From Bacteroidaceae bacterium (lineage in GTDB: Bacteria; Bacteroidota; Bacteroidia; Bacteroidales; Bacteroidaceae): a stretch of DNA of 64,000 bases. Positions within the stretch are counted from its first letter, which is position 1; every line of letters begins with the position of its first letter. Below, piece by piece: positions 46,175 to 54,427 of the stretch. The stretch spans positions 8,079 through 72,078 of the forward strand of contig JAZRDT010000157.1 in the NCBI GenBank assembly GCA_045660385.1, given 5' to 3'. The position numbers were made by a program, and so were the translations under genes. Below the pieces are notes generated by a model, which saw nothing but the letters and a program-made list of their open reading frames with translations, had not been told where the DNA came from and did no database searches.

Positions 46175-47233
46175 ATGTATCATATATTTTTCGTATTATT
46201 AAGAGCTGGACTTTGGGGGAAAGCACCTGAGGATCTATCCGAATTCCCCTTAAACAGAGAGAGATGGAACAAGCTATTTGAAATAGCAAAAAAACAAACC
46301 GTAACGGGTATCGTCTACCATGGTGTCACTATGCTTCCTGAGAGGTTTATGCCACCGCAAGAGCTAATGATACGCTGGGTGGCCGAGGTTGAGCGCATCG
46401 AGCAGAACAATCATAAGACCAATATAGCACTGCAAAAATTGCTCCGCTTATTCAGAGATGAATGCCTGCGTCCTATCGTGCTCAAAGGACAAAGTGTAGC
46501 TGCAATGTATGAAACTCCTTCATTACGCGAATGTGGCGATATTGACATCTTTTTTGATAGTCAGGAAGATGCAAATGATGCTTTAGCTATACTCAAAGAA
46601 AAAGGCATTACCTATGAGCGGCATGCTGACCAAAGCATCAGCTACGTATGGGAAGGAGTTGTAGTAGAACATCATACGGTACTGTTCGATTTGCACAGAC
46701 CTAAAAGTAGGAAATATGCCAATAAGTTTATCAAGAAATTCCGACATATGAGAATTCCTTTACACGAACATACGAAGATGACCGTTTTGGCACCCATGCC
46801 TTACCTAATCACGTTGAACACTCACATACTAAAACACACATTAGGAATGGGCGTTGGATTACGTCAGCTCTGTGACTTAGCGCGAGCATACTACTATCTC
46901 AACGGAAAAGTAGAGCATCACACGATGCGCGACACATTCAAGACCCTAGGACTTACCAAATGGAGCAAGCTACTGCATGCCTTTATCGTAAAGCACATTG
47001 GCTTACCTTGGCAATATCAGCCATACATTTCATTGCAGGATATAGACACAGCCCCCCTATTCAGCATTATCAGAGAAAGTGGAAACTTTGGACAACACGC
47101 CAAAGGTTCAGCTTCGCGTTCGCCTCTAAAAACAGCGCTACGCTTTTGGAAGAGAAAAAGATTTGCATGGAAATATGCCTTCAAGGAATATCTATGGATA
47201 ATGCTTAGACTTACAAAGGGTAGAATAAAATGA
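46175..47233 (+). CDS. Uncharacterised nucleotidyltransferase-family protein (pol-beta-like NTase)
   Basis: ...IVLKGQSVAAMYETPSLRECGDIDIFFD... (G-x-S ... D-x-D NTase core) in a 352-aa protein of the type annotated 'nucleotidyltransferase family protein'. Confidence 0.65.
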   Translation: MYHIFFVLLRAGLWGKAPEDLSEFPLNRERWNKLFEIAKKQTVTGIVYHGVTMLPERFMPPQELMIRWVAEVERIEQNNHKTNIALQKLLRLFRDECLRPIVLKGQSVAAMYETPSLRECGDIDIFFDSQEDANDALAILKEKGITYERHADQSISYVWEGVVVEHHTVLFDLHRPKSRKYANKFIKKFRHMRIPLHEHTKMTVLAPMPYLITLNTHILKHTLGMGVGLRQLCDLARAYYYLNGKVEHHTMRDTFKTLGLTKWSKLLHAFIVKHIGLPWQYQPYISLQDIDTAPLFSIIRESGNFGQHAKGSASRSPLKTALRFWKRKRFAWKYAFKEYLWIMLRLTKGRIK

Positions 47234-48090
47234 GATATAAGGTAGCAAACCATTTATTTGAGGTAGTACTACCATCTGAAGCAAACGCAGAACGACTATT
47301 ACCCTCATTCCGTCCATTTATATGCATAGATGAGGATGAGACAGGACCTTTACTGTTTCTATTTGACACCACATCACCTTATCCTGGAGAAGAGGGTGTA
47401 CTTGTTGAGGAGTCAGAAAACGACATGGGGCACATCACCATATGGAAGACCACACAGGGGTATCGCATTGAGGCAAGGCACACGGTTGCAAACAAACCAC
47501 ATGCCATGACAACCGACAGGGAGTTTCGTTCAATAAAAGCCTCCATACAGTGGGATGATGAGTATGCCTCACAAATACTCTGTTCGATGCTCCGTATTGC
47601 ATTCTCGCAAGCTCTTTTACGCGAAGATGGCATAGGCATACATGCTTCAGCAGTAGGGCATAATGGAGAATGTTTTCTTTTTCTCGGAAAAAGCGGTACG
47701 GGAAAGAGTACCCATGCGTCACTATGGCTACAACACGTAGAGAATTCCGAGCTCATCAATGACGACAATCCTGCCATACGGATCCAAGACGACATAGCCT
47801 ATGCCTATGGAACGCCATGGAGTGGAAAAACACCCTGCTACAAAAACATTGGTCTGCCCATAGCAAAAATTACTCGTCTACAACAAGCTCCAGCCAACAG
47901 TCATAGGTATCTAAGCGAAGTAGAAGCGTTCACTGCTCTACTACCAAGTTGTTCGGCAATAAAACAGGACAACAATCTATACGAAAAGCTCTGTGAGAAA
48001 CTCACATGGTTGGCTGAGCATACAGCTATCGCTTATCTCCAATGCCTACCTAATAAGGAAGCGGTAATGCTGAACAAAGAAACATTGTAG
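47230..48090 (+). CDS. HPr-kinase-like P-loop protein
   Basis: ...GIGIHASAVGHNGECFLFLGKSGTGKSTHASLWLQ...ELINDDNPAI... resembles the HprK C-terminal catalytic domain. ATGA overlap with the NTase gene. Confidence 0.65.
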   Translation: MRYKVANHLFEVVLPSEANAERLLPSFRPFICIDEDETGPLLFLFDTTSPYPGEEGVLVEESENDMGHITIWKTTQGYRIEARHTVANKPHAMTTDREFRSIKASIQWDDEYASQILCSMLRIAFSQALLREDGIGIHASAVGHNGECFLFLGKSGTGKSTHASLWLQHVENSELINDDNPAIRIQDDIAYAYGTPWSGKTPCYKNIGLPIAKITRLQQAPANSHRYLSEVEAFTALLPSCSAIKQDNNLYEKLCEKLTWLAEHTAIAYLQCLPNKEAVMLNKETL

Positions 48091-48153
48091 AGACATTACA
48101 AAAATTAACATATAAAAAAACATAGGCATATATATCTATCTGAAAAAAAATTG

Positions 48154-48161
48154 TAATTTTG
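48154..48161 (+). promoter_or_regulatory. Internal -7 box (TAATTTTG) ahead of the GT4-wza-wzc block
   Basis: Lies in the only sizeable intergenic gap of the locus (48091-48210), 50 nt upstream of ATG 48211. Confidence 0.5.
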
Positions 48162-48210
48162 CACGAATATCTCACTAAAAAGTTCTCATTGTAAAGATGT
48201 ATACAAGAAG

Positions 48211-49332
48211 ATGAAGGTATTGCAATTAGGTAAATTCTTTCCTATAAAAGGAGGAGTAGAAAAGGTTGAATATGATCTGATGAAAGGCTTGTCAGAGCAT
48301 GGGATTGATTGCGATATGTTGTGTACTTCAGCAAAGAAAAGTGAGCAACAAATAAACGACCATGCCAAGTTGTTCTGCGTCCGCACTTGGACAACGATTG
48401 CAGGAACAACCATAGCGCCATCGATGATAACAAGATTATGGCGTACATGTCGAGAATATGACATAATTCATGTGCATCATCCCGACCCAATGGCTTGTTT
48501 GGCATTATTCTTCTCCAGATATAGAGGCAAAGTTATACTTCATTGGCATAGCGACATAATTAGACAAAAAAAACTATTAGGATTGTATCGTCCATTGCAA
48601 CGTTGGTTGATACAACGGGCCAACATTATTGTAGGTACTACGCCAATCTACATCAAAGAGTCGGAAGAACTTAAAGACGCGCAACATAAGACCGCACATC
48701 TACTCATCGGCATCGAAGAAATCGCCCATAACTTTATTGGGGCACAAAAACTTCACGAGTTATACAATGGCCGAAAGATTGTGTTCTCGTTAGGACGATT
48801 GGTCCCTTACAAGGGCTATAGCTATCTTATAGAAGCTGCTCAACACTTACCTGACGATTATGTTGTAGCAATCGGAGGTACAGGTCCATTATACGAAGAA
48901 TTGAACAGACTGATTATTGACAAAGGTCTAGAAAACAAGGTGAAATTGTTAGGATTTGTCAAAGACGAAGAAGTTTCGGCCTATTACACCGCCTGCAAGA
49001 TATTCGTTCTACCCTCGATACAGAAAACAGAGGCTTTTGGAATTGTGCAAATTGAAGCCATGAGTGGTGGGAAGCCTGTAGTAGCTACAACAATACCCGG
49101 ATCTGGAACATCATGGGTCAATGCACACGGCATATCAGGATTAAATGTAACACCTAAGCAATCCAAAGAGTTGGCCGAAGCCATACTTGAAATTACGAAA
49201 GACGAAGACACCTATAAAAGGTTCTGTAAGGATGCACGTCTACGCTATGAGAACGAATTCACTAAAGAACAAATGATAAAAGGAGCAATAAATATTTACA
49301 ACACATTAAAAGATACAAAGGAACATGCATAA
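48211..49332 (+). CDS. Family 4 (GT-B) glycosyltransferase
   Basis: MKVLQLGKFFPIKGGVEKV... and ..LPSIQKTEAFGIVQIEAMSGGKPVVAT... Confidence 0.85.
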   Translation: MKVLQLGKFFPIKGGVEKVEYDLMKGLSEHGIDCDMLCTSAKKSEQQINDHAKLFCVRTWTTIAGTTIAPSMITRLWRTCREYDIIHVHHPDPMACLALFFSRYRGKVILHWHSDIIRQKKLLGLYRPLQRWLIQRANIIVGTTPIYIKESEELKDAQHKTAHLLIGIEEIAHNFIGAQKLHELYNGRKIVFSLGRLVPYKGYSYLIEAAQHLPDDYVVAIGGTGPLYEELNRLIIDKGLENKVKLLGFVKDEEVSAYYTACKIFVLPSIQKTEAFGIVQIEAMSGGKPVVATTIPGSGTSWVNAHGISGLNVTPKQSKELAEAILEITKDEDTYKRFCKDARLRYENEFTKEQMIKGAINIYNTLKDTKEHA

Positions 49333-50149
49333 CTCGTCTATTATAAAGCAAACAAAACGTATACTCTGGCTACAATGCCTAATAGTAACCATAGCCCTTT
49401 CTGGATGTTCGACTCAAAAGGATATCACCTATCTTCAGGACATGGAAATGGGACAATTTTATCCGATTGAACAAAAACATGAACCGACAATACACCGTAA
49501 CGACAAATTAAGCATCACAGTAGCCAGTCAAAACACACCCGAGTTGGCTATCCCCTTCAATATCCAAAATGGAGCATACAATGTTGGGGAAGATGGAAGA
49601 ATCGACACCTCAGCTCCCGCAACTAAAGAAAAGGGATACCGTGTCGACATTGACGGAAATATCGATTTCCCTATGTTAGGTAAGTTACATGTAGAAGGAC
49701 TCACCATCAGTGAAGCTACCGACCTGATAAAAAATCGCATCATAGAAGGAGGATACATCAATAGTCCTCTTGTTATGGTAGACATCATGAATTTCAAGTA
49801 TACCGTGTTAGGAGCTGTCGGACACAATGGTGTCATGACGGCCGACGGTGATAGAGTGACTCTACTCGAGGCCATAGCCAATGCAGGAGACCTGAGTGCC
49901 AATGCTGCTATAAATCGCGTTGCTGTCATACGCGAAGTGGGAGAGACGCGTCAAGTATTCTTTCACGATTTAAGAAGCAAGGATCTGTTCGACTCTCCCT
50001 GCTTTTACCTGCAACAAAACGACATTGTATACGTCGAACCCAAATATAAGAGGATTGACAAGGAAGAGCGCCTGATACAATATGGTACACTGATGTTAAG
50101 CATAGCCTCAACACTCAGTACCATGATGTGGTGGATACGACAAAACTAA
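49325..50149 (+). CDS. wza: Wza-type polysaccharide export outer-membrane lipoprotein
   Basis: Lipobox ALSGC/STQ. Poly_export motif ..YRVDIDGNIDFPMLGKLHVEGLTISE.. plus an SLBB-like segment. Confidence 0.85.
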   Translation: MHNSSIIKQTKRILWLQCLIVTIALSGCSTQKDITYLQDMEMGQFYPIEQKHEPTIHRNDKLSITVASQNTPELAIPFNIQNGAYNVGEDGRIDTSAPATKEKGYRVDIDGNIDFPMLGKLHVEGLTISEATDLIKNRIIEGGYINSPLVMVDIMNFKYTVLGAVGHNGVMTADGDRVTLLEAIANAGDLSANAAINRVAVIREVGETRQVFFHDLRSKDLFDSPCFYLQQNDIVYVEPKYKRIDKEERLIQYGTLMLSIASTLSTMMWWIRQN

Positions 50150-50176
50150 CGTAATAACACTGATAATTCCGACCAA

Positions 50177-52555
50177 ATGAATAAATCTATGAACAAGAAG
50201 GAGCAAGGATTAAACATAGTAGACTTGTTCTTCTATCTACTCTCCAAATGGCCCTGGTTCCTATTGGGTATAGTATTATGTGGTGGTGGAGCCTACCTTA
50301 AGTATGCGCATACACCTTTCACCTATTACCAATCAGCAACTGTCATCATCAAGGACCCGACCAACAAGAACACCTATTCTGCCGGATTTGACCGATACGA
50401 CAACCTGGTTAATAAAGTTAATGTTGCCAACGAAATTCTACAATTCCGTTCTAAAAGGCTCATGCGTGAGACGATATTACGCACGAAGGCAAACATAAAC
50501 TATCAGACAAAAATTAAGTTCAGATGGATAGAATTGTATAACAGTTCGCCCATAGCAGTAACCTTTCCTGATGCTATGCGTGATAGCCATGTTACATTCA
50601 CCGTAACACCTAAAGATAGTGCTATGATTCAATTATCACATCTAGCAGGTGACGATGACGAACAAGTGTACACTGTAAATGTAAATGACACAATCATCCT
50701 TCACGGACAGAGAATCATCATTGCACCGACTAAATATTATGGTGCTCAATGGTATAACAAGGATATCGAGATAGAGAAATTGCCCTTAGAATGGGTAGCC
50801 GACAGATATCGTAGTGCGGTAGGTATACGCCAAGAAGAGGATGAGGCTTCGATTCTCAAATTGGCCTTAAAAGACAACAATGCATTAAGAGCACAGAACA
50901 TACTTAACACCATGGTGATTGTATACAATGACATCACGGTAGACGACAAGAACCTAATGGTGCAAAATACAACAAACTTCATCAACGGACGACTGGCAGT
51001 AATTGAGAAAGAGTTAGGAGGCGTGGAAGATGAAATTGTAAGTTTCAAGAGGGAGAATCAAATCATTGATTTAGGTTCTGCTGCAGGACAATATACAAGC
51101 GAATCTCAGAAATACAGTTCAGAGGTATTGGAAACGAAGACCCAGTTGCAAGTTGCACAATACATTAAAGATTACCTTACTGACCCATCCAAGGCTACCG
51201 AACTGATTCCCGCAAATACGGGTATCAGCGACATGAATATTGAAAGCCAAATCATGCAATACAATACAATGAAGATGAAACGCGACAAGCTGCTTGACGA
51301 CAGCAGTGAGCGAAATCCCATTGTTGAAGGGCTGAATGGTTCATTGGCTGCCATGCGACAAAGCATCATAAGCGCCGTAGACAATATGATCTTAAGCCTC
51401 AACGTAAGACTTAACGAGGTGCAAAAACGTGAAAACGACGCACAAACACGCGTACAGGCTATACCCACCAAACAAAAACAAATGCTGTCAATTGAACGTC
51501 AGCAAAAAATTAAGGAGAGCCTCTACATGTTCCTTCTCAACAAACGTGAGGAGAACGCACTATCCCAGGCTATGGTGAACGATAACGCTTGGATTATTGA
51601 TAGTGCTGAAGGAAGCATGTCGCCTATTGCCCCAACAAGGAATCGCATCCTGTTCGTAGGCATCTTAATTGGTATAGCAATACCTATGGGCATATTCCTG
51701 GCAATCCTCTTCCTTGATACGCGTGTTCATCACCGCAAAGACATAGAGAAAGAGGTTAATATACCTTTTATCGGAGATGTTCCCGTCGATTCAGACCTCA
51801 TGAAAGCAGGAAAGAAAAACCGTAATGCCATCGTTGTAAGTGAAGAGGGTACGGATATGTTATCAGAAGCCTTCCGCATATTGCGCACCAACTTGGCCTT
51901 CTTGACCAAAGGAAATCCCGAGACAAAGGTTCTAATGACTACATCGTTCAATGTTAGCGCCGGTAAAACATTCATTTCAAGAAACTTGGCGATGAGTTTA
52001 GCATTTGCCAACAAGAAGGTTTGTATGGTCGACCTTGACTTGAGAAAGGGTACTCTTACAGGTCACGAGAACAGAAGTATCAAGGGTGTGACAAACTATC
52101 TTATTGACCCGACAATGACACTTGACGATATCATAAAGACAGACCACATATGCAACAAGGTTGACATTATCCCTGCAGGAACAATGGCTCCCAACCCCGC
52201 GGAGCTTCTCATGAGTGAACGTCTGGACGATATGATAAAGGAACTGAAAACACGATATGACTATATCATTGTAGATAGTGTTCCCGTAGGTATCGTTGCC
52301 GATGCCAGTATCACCAACCGCATTGCAGACCTCACACTCTTCATCCTACGCATAGGAAAACTCGACAAGCGCCAACTACCTGACCTTGAAGAATTATACG
52401 AAGGAAAGAAACTGACCAATATGGCCCTGATACTCAATGGAAGCAATCCACGTAAACAGCAATATGGCTATGGTTATGGATACGGATATGGTTACGGTTA
52501 TGGATATGGCTATGGTTATGGGAACGAAAAGAAAAAAAGTTGGCTGAAAATCTAA
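50177..52555 (+). CDS. wzc: Wzc-type chain-length determinant / tyrosine autokinase
   Basis: N-terminal Wzz domain with 2 TM segments and a coiled coil. C-terminal P-loop kinase (TSFNVSAGKTFIS, ..VDLDLRKG.., IIVDSVP). Tyr-rich tail (YG)x10. Confidence 0.88.
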   Translation: MNKSMNKKEQGLNIVDLFFYLLSKWPWFLLGIVLCGGGAYLKYAHTPFTYYQSATVIIKDPTNKNTYSAGFDRYDNLVNKVNVANEILQFRSKRLMRETILRTKANINYQTKIKFRWIELYNSSPIAVTFPDAMRDSHVTFTVTPKDSAMIQLSHLAGDDDEQVYTVNVNDTIILHGQRIIIAPTKYYGAQWYNKDIEIEKLPLEWVADRYRSAVGIRQEEDEASILKLALKDNNALRAQNILNTMVIVYNDITVDDKNLMVQNTTNFINGRLAVIEKELGGVEDEIVSFKRENQIIDLGSAAGQYTSESQKYSSEVLETKTQLQVAQYIKDYLTDPSKATELIPANTGISDMNIESQIMQYNTMKMKRDKLLDDSSERNPIVEGLNGSLAAMRQSIISAVDNMILSLNVRLNEVQKRENDAQTRVQAIPTKQKQMLSIERQQKIKESLYMFLLNKREENALSQAMVNDNAWIIDSAEGSMSPIAPTRNRILFVGILIGIAIPMGIFLAILFLDTRVHHRKDIEKEVNIPFIGDVPVDSDLMKAGKKNRNAIVVSEEGTDMLSEAFRILRTNLAFLTKGNPETKVLMTTSFNVSAGKTFISRNLAMSLAFANKKVCMVDLDLRKGTLTGHENRSIKGVTNYLIDPTMTLDDIIKTDHICNKVDIIPAGTMAPNPAELLMSERLDDMIKELKTRYDYIIVDSVPVGIVADASITNRIADLTLFILRIGKLDKRQLPDLEELYEGKKLTNMALILNGSNPRKQQYGYGYGYGYGYGYGYGYGYGNEKKKSWLKI

Positions 52556-52606
52556 AAAATATATGATAAAAGCGCATTGTTTAGATAATTTATAACAATT
52601 TATCAT

Positions 52607-52614
52607 TAACTTTG
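52607..52614 (+). promoter_or_regulatory. -7 box (TAACTTTG) for the OmpA-family gene
   Basis: 49 nt upstream of ATG 52663. Confidence 0.55.
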
Positions 52615-52662
52615 CGTCGATAATCGTCGAACTATAAGAATATCAACACAATCGAGAAAGAT

Positions 52663-53898
52663 ATGAAAAAGTATTTATTGACAGTTGCTTTAGCGGCAAT
52701 CGGTATCGTAGGTTATGCCGATGATACGACAAGAAACTCTGCAGACTTTACCGAAGAGGTGTACTACAACGATTCTAAAGGCTATAGCGTACAGACCAAT
52801 AGTTTTTGGAAGAATTGGAATTTAAGCATAGGTGCTGGTGCACAAACCTATTTTGGAGACCACAACAAACAATTACTATGGAAGAACCGAATCACACCAG
52901 CCTTTGATGTAGCCTTAGGCAAGTGGTTCACACCAGGCATTGGTGTACGCGGTGTTGCTAGTGGTTATGCACTGAAGGGAGCCACACAGAATGGTGCATT
53001 CTCTACTGGCGAGCTTATCACGGAGAAGCCCTATGCAGGATATTATTTGAGCTATCAAGAATTTAATTACTTGCATGCACACCTCGATGTAATGCTCAAC
53101 ATGACAAATCTTTGCTGTGGATTCAAAGAAGAACGCATCTATAATATTATTCCTTATTTCGGATTTGGTTGGTCTGCAGCTCTTGAAAATAGCAACAGAC
53201 TTCCCGAAGACATTACTCCTGGACGTGAAGTTAGCGCAAATATCGGTTTAATCAATTCTTTCCGTTTGAATCGTCTGTTTGACCTCAACATTGACGTTCG
53301 CGGCGCATACATACAGGACCGCTTCGACGGTGAAACTGGCGGACGATATGGCGAAGGTCTTTTGTCCGCTACAGCCAACTTGGTTTGGAAGATTGGTGGC
53401 AACACATGGGAACGCAGCAAGACTATCGTTCGATATGACAACCGCACCATCAACGAGTTGCGTGATATGATGGATCAGTTGAGTCGCGACAACGAAGAAT
53501 TGCAGAAGGCTTTGGATGACTGCAACAAGGAAAAGGCTGAGGCTGCTGCCAAGAAGATTGCTGTAGTAGCTCCTAACCTCGTAACCTTCAAGATTAATAA
53601 GAGCAACCTTTCTAAGGAGGCACGCGCTAACTTGGGTCTCTTGGCTGAGGTTATCAAGGAGAACGATTCGAATGTTGTATACACTATCACTGGCTACGCA
53701 GATGCAGCAACAGGCAACAAGGAAATCAATGACCGTTTGAGTAAGGAGCGTGCGCAAGCCGTTTATGACTGTCTCGTGAACGAGTTTGGAGTTAACCCCG
53801 ACCAACTCCGTATGGATTATAAGGGTGGTGTAGAGAATATGTTCTACGATGATCCCGCACTGAGCCGCGCAGTAATCACCCGTGGTGACCTGAAATAA
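52663..53898 (+). CDS. OmpA-family outer membrane protein (beta-barrel, coiled coil, OmpA_C)
   Basis: Signal peptide. C-terminal ..ITGYADAATGNKEINDRLSKERAQAVYDCL.. peptidoglycan-binding domain. Confidence 0.85.
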   Translation: MKKYLLTVALAAIGIVGYADDTTRNSADFTEEVYYNDSKGYSVQTNSFWKNWNLSIGAGAQTYFGDHNKQLLWKNRITPAFDVALGKWFTPGIGVRGVASGYALKGATQNGAFSTGELITEKPYAGYYLSYQEFNYLHAHLDVMLNMTNLCCGFKEERIYNIIPYFGFGWSAALENSNRLPEDITPGREVSANIGLINSFRLNRLFDLNIDVRGAYIQDRFDGETGGRYGEGLLSATANLVWKIGGNTWERSKTIVRYDNRTINELRDMMDQLSRDNEELQKALDDCNKEKAEAAAKKIAVVAPNLVTFKINKSNLSKEARANLGLLAEVIKENDSNVVYTITGYADAATGNKEINDRLSKERAQAVYDCLVNEFGVNPDQLRMDYKGGVENMFYDDPALSRAVITRGDLK

Positions 53899-53920
53899 GC
53901 GAACTGCATTATCGATAAAA

Positions 53921-53950
53921 AAGGCATCTCCCTTGGGAGGTGCCTTTTTT
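53921..53950 (+). terminator. Rho-independent terminator after the OmpA-family gene
   Basis: aaggcatctcc-cttg-ggaggtgcctt followed by T7. Confidence 0.8.
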
Positions 53951-53969
53951 TATTGGACAACGGACAAGG

Positions 53970-54049
53970 TTCGTGCCAACGAGCGAAATGCGAGTTCACT
54001 TGCAATTTCTCAGCGAGTGCAGCCGAAGTTCTATGGCGAAGTCATTAAC
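53970..54049 (-). repeat. Intergenic repeat module A, inverted copy
   Basis: The reverse complement reads ..gacttcgccatagaacttcggctgcactcgctgag...cgctcgttggcacgaa, homologous to 29284-29358. Confidence 0.65.
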
Positions 54050-54061
54050 AGACAACGGATT

Positions 54062-54131
54062 GGTGAGAGGTTAGAGGTTAAGGTTAGAGGTTAAAGGTTA
54101 AAGGTGAGAGGTTAGAGGTTAAAGGTGAGTG
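54062..54131 (+). repeat. Heptanucleotide microsatellite GGTKARA, ~10 units
   Basis: ggtgaga ggttaga ggttaa ggttaga ggttaaa ggttaaa ggtgaga ggttaga ggttaaa ggtgagt. Confidence 0.85.
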
Positions 54132-54350
54132 GGTGCAGCGAAGCTGTCTTCGTCTTCGTCATCGTACAGCCTCCGGCTGTCTTCGTAGCGGTTCACCCTG
54201 TACTCCTTTGTGCTGATAAACCTAATGGTGCTAAAGCACGCTCTTCGGAGGAACTAAAGTTCCTTTCATCGCAAGCAACGCTATCATACCGCGTTGCCGT
54301 CGCATCCGACGCTTTCACACCGCGTCGGCGTGCACGCTCCGCGTGCTTTC
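54132..54350 (-). repeat. Hairpin-rich repeat module B (inverted, expanded copy of 24690-24810)
   Basis: The reverse complement contains acgccgacgc-ggtgtgaaag-cgtcggatgcgacg ... ggaactttagttcctcc ... caaaggagtac. These match acgccgacac-aatatgaaag-tgtcggttgcgacg ... gagaactttagttctcc ... caaggagtac at 24.7 kb. Confidence 0.6.
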
Positions 54351-54354
54351 GTAA

Positions 54355-54392
54355 ACACTAAGTCCCAGCCGCGCATGGCTGGGACTTAGTGT
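54355..54392 (-). terminator. Perfect 16-bp-stem palindrome downstream of the GH51 gene
   Basis: acactaagtcccagcc-gcgcat-ggctgggacttagtgt, 36 nt after the GH51 stop. There is no clear U-tract, so the terminator role is tentative. Confidence 0.5.
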
Positions 54393-54427
54393 TCCTTCGT
54401 TCCTCGTTAAACGTTCAACGTTCGACG

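Noticed and set aside
45882-48090. Reading the PqqD/NTase/HprK trio as a lasso-peptide biosynthetic cluster
   Set aside because: There is no Asn-synthetase-like cyclase, no transglutaminase-like leader protease, no ABC exporter and no short precursor ORF in the flanks. The intergenic gaps are only 12, 20 and 120 nt, and the only ATG-initiated reading frame I could find in them is a 5-codon one (MYTRR, ~48197-48214). I therefore report it as an orphan cassette in a glycan locus.
52463-52522. The (YG)x10 tract as a slippage-prone DNA microsatellite
   Set aside because: Synonymous codons vary from unit to unit, so the DNA repeat is imperfect. In addition, a 6-nt unit would stay in frame. I kept it only as a protein-level curiosity.
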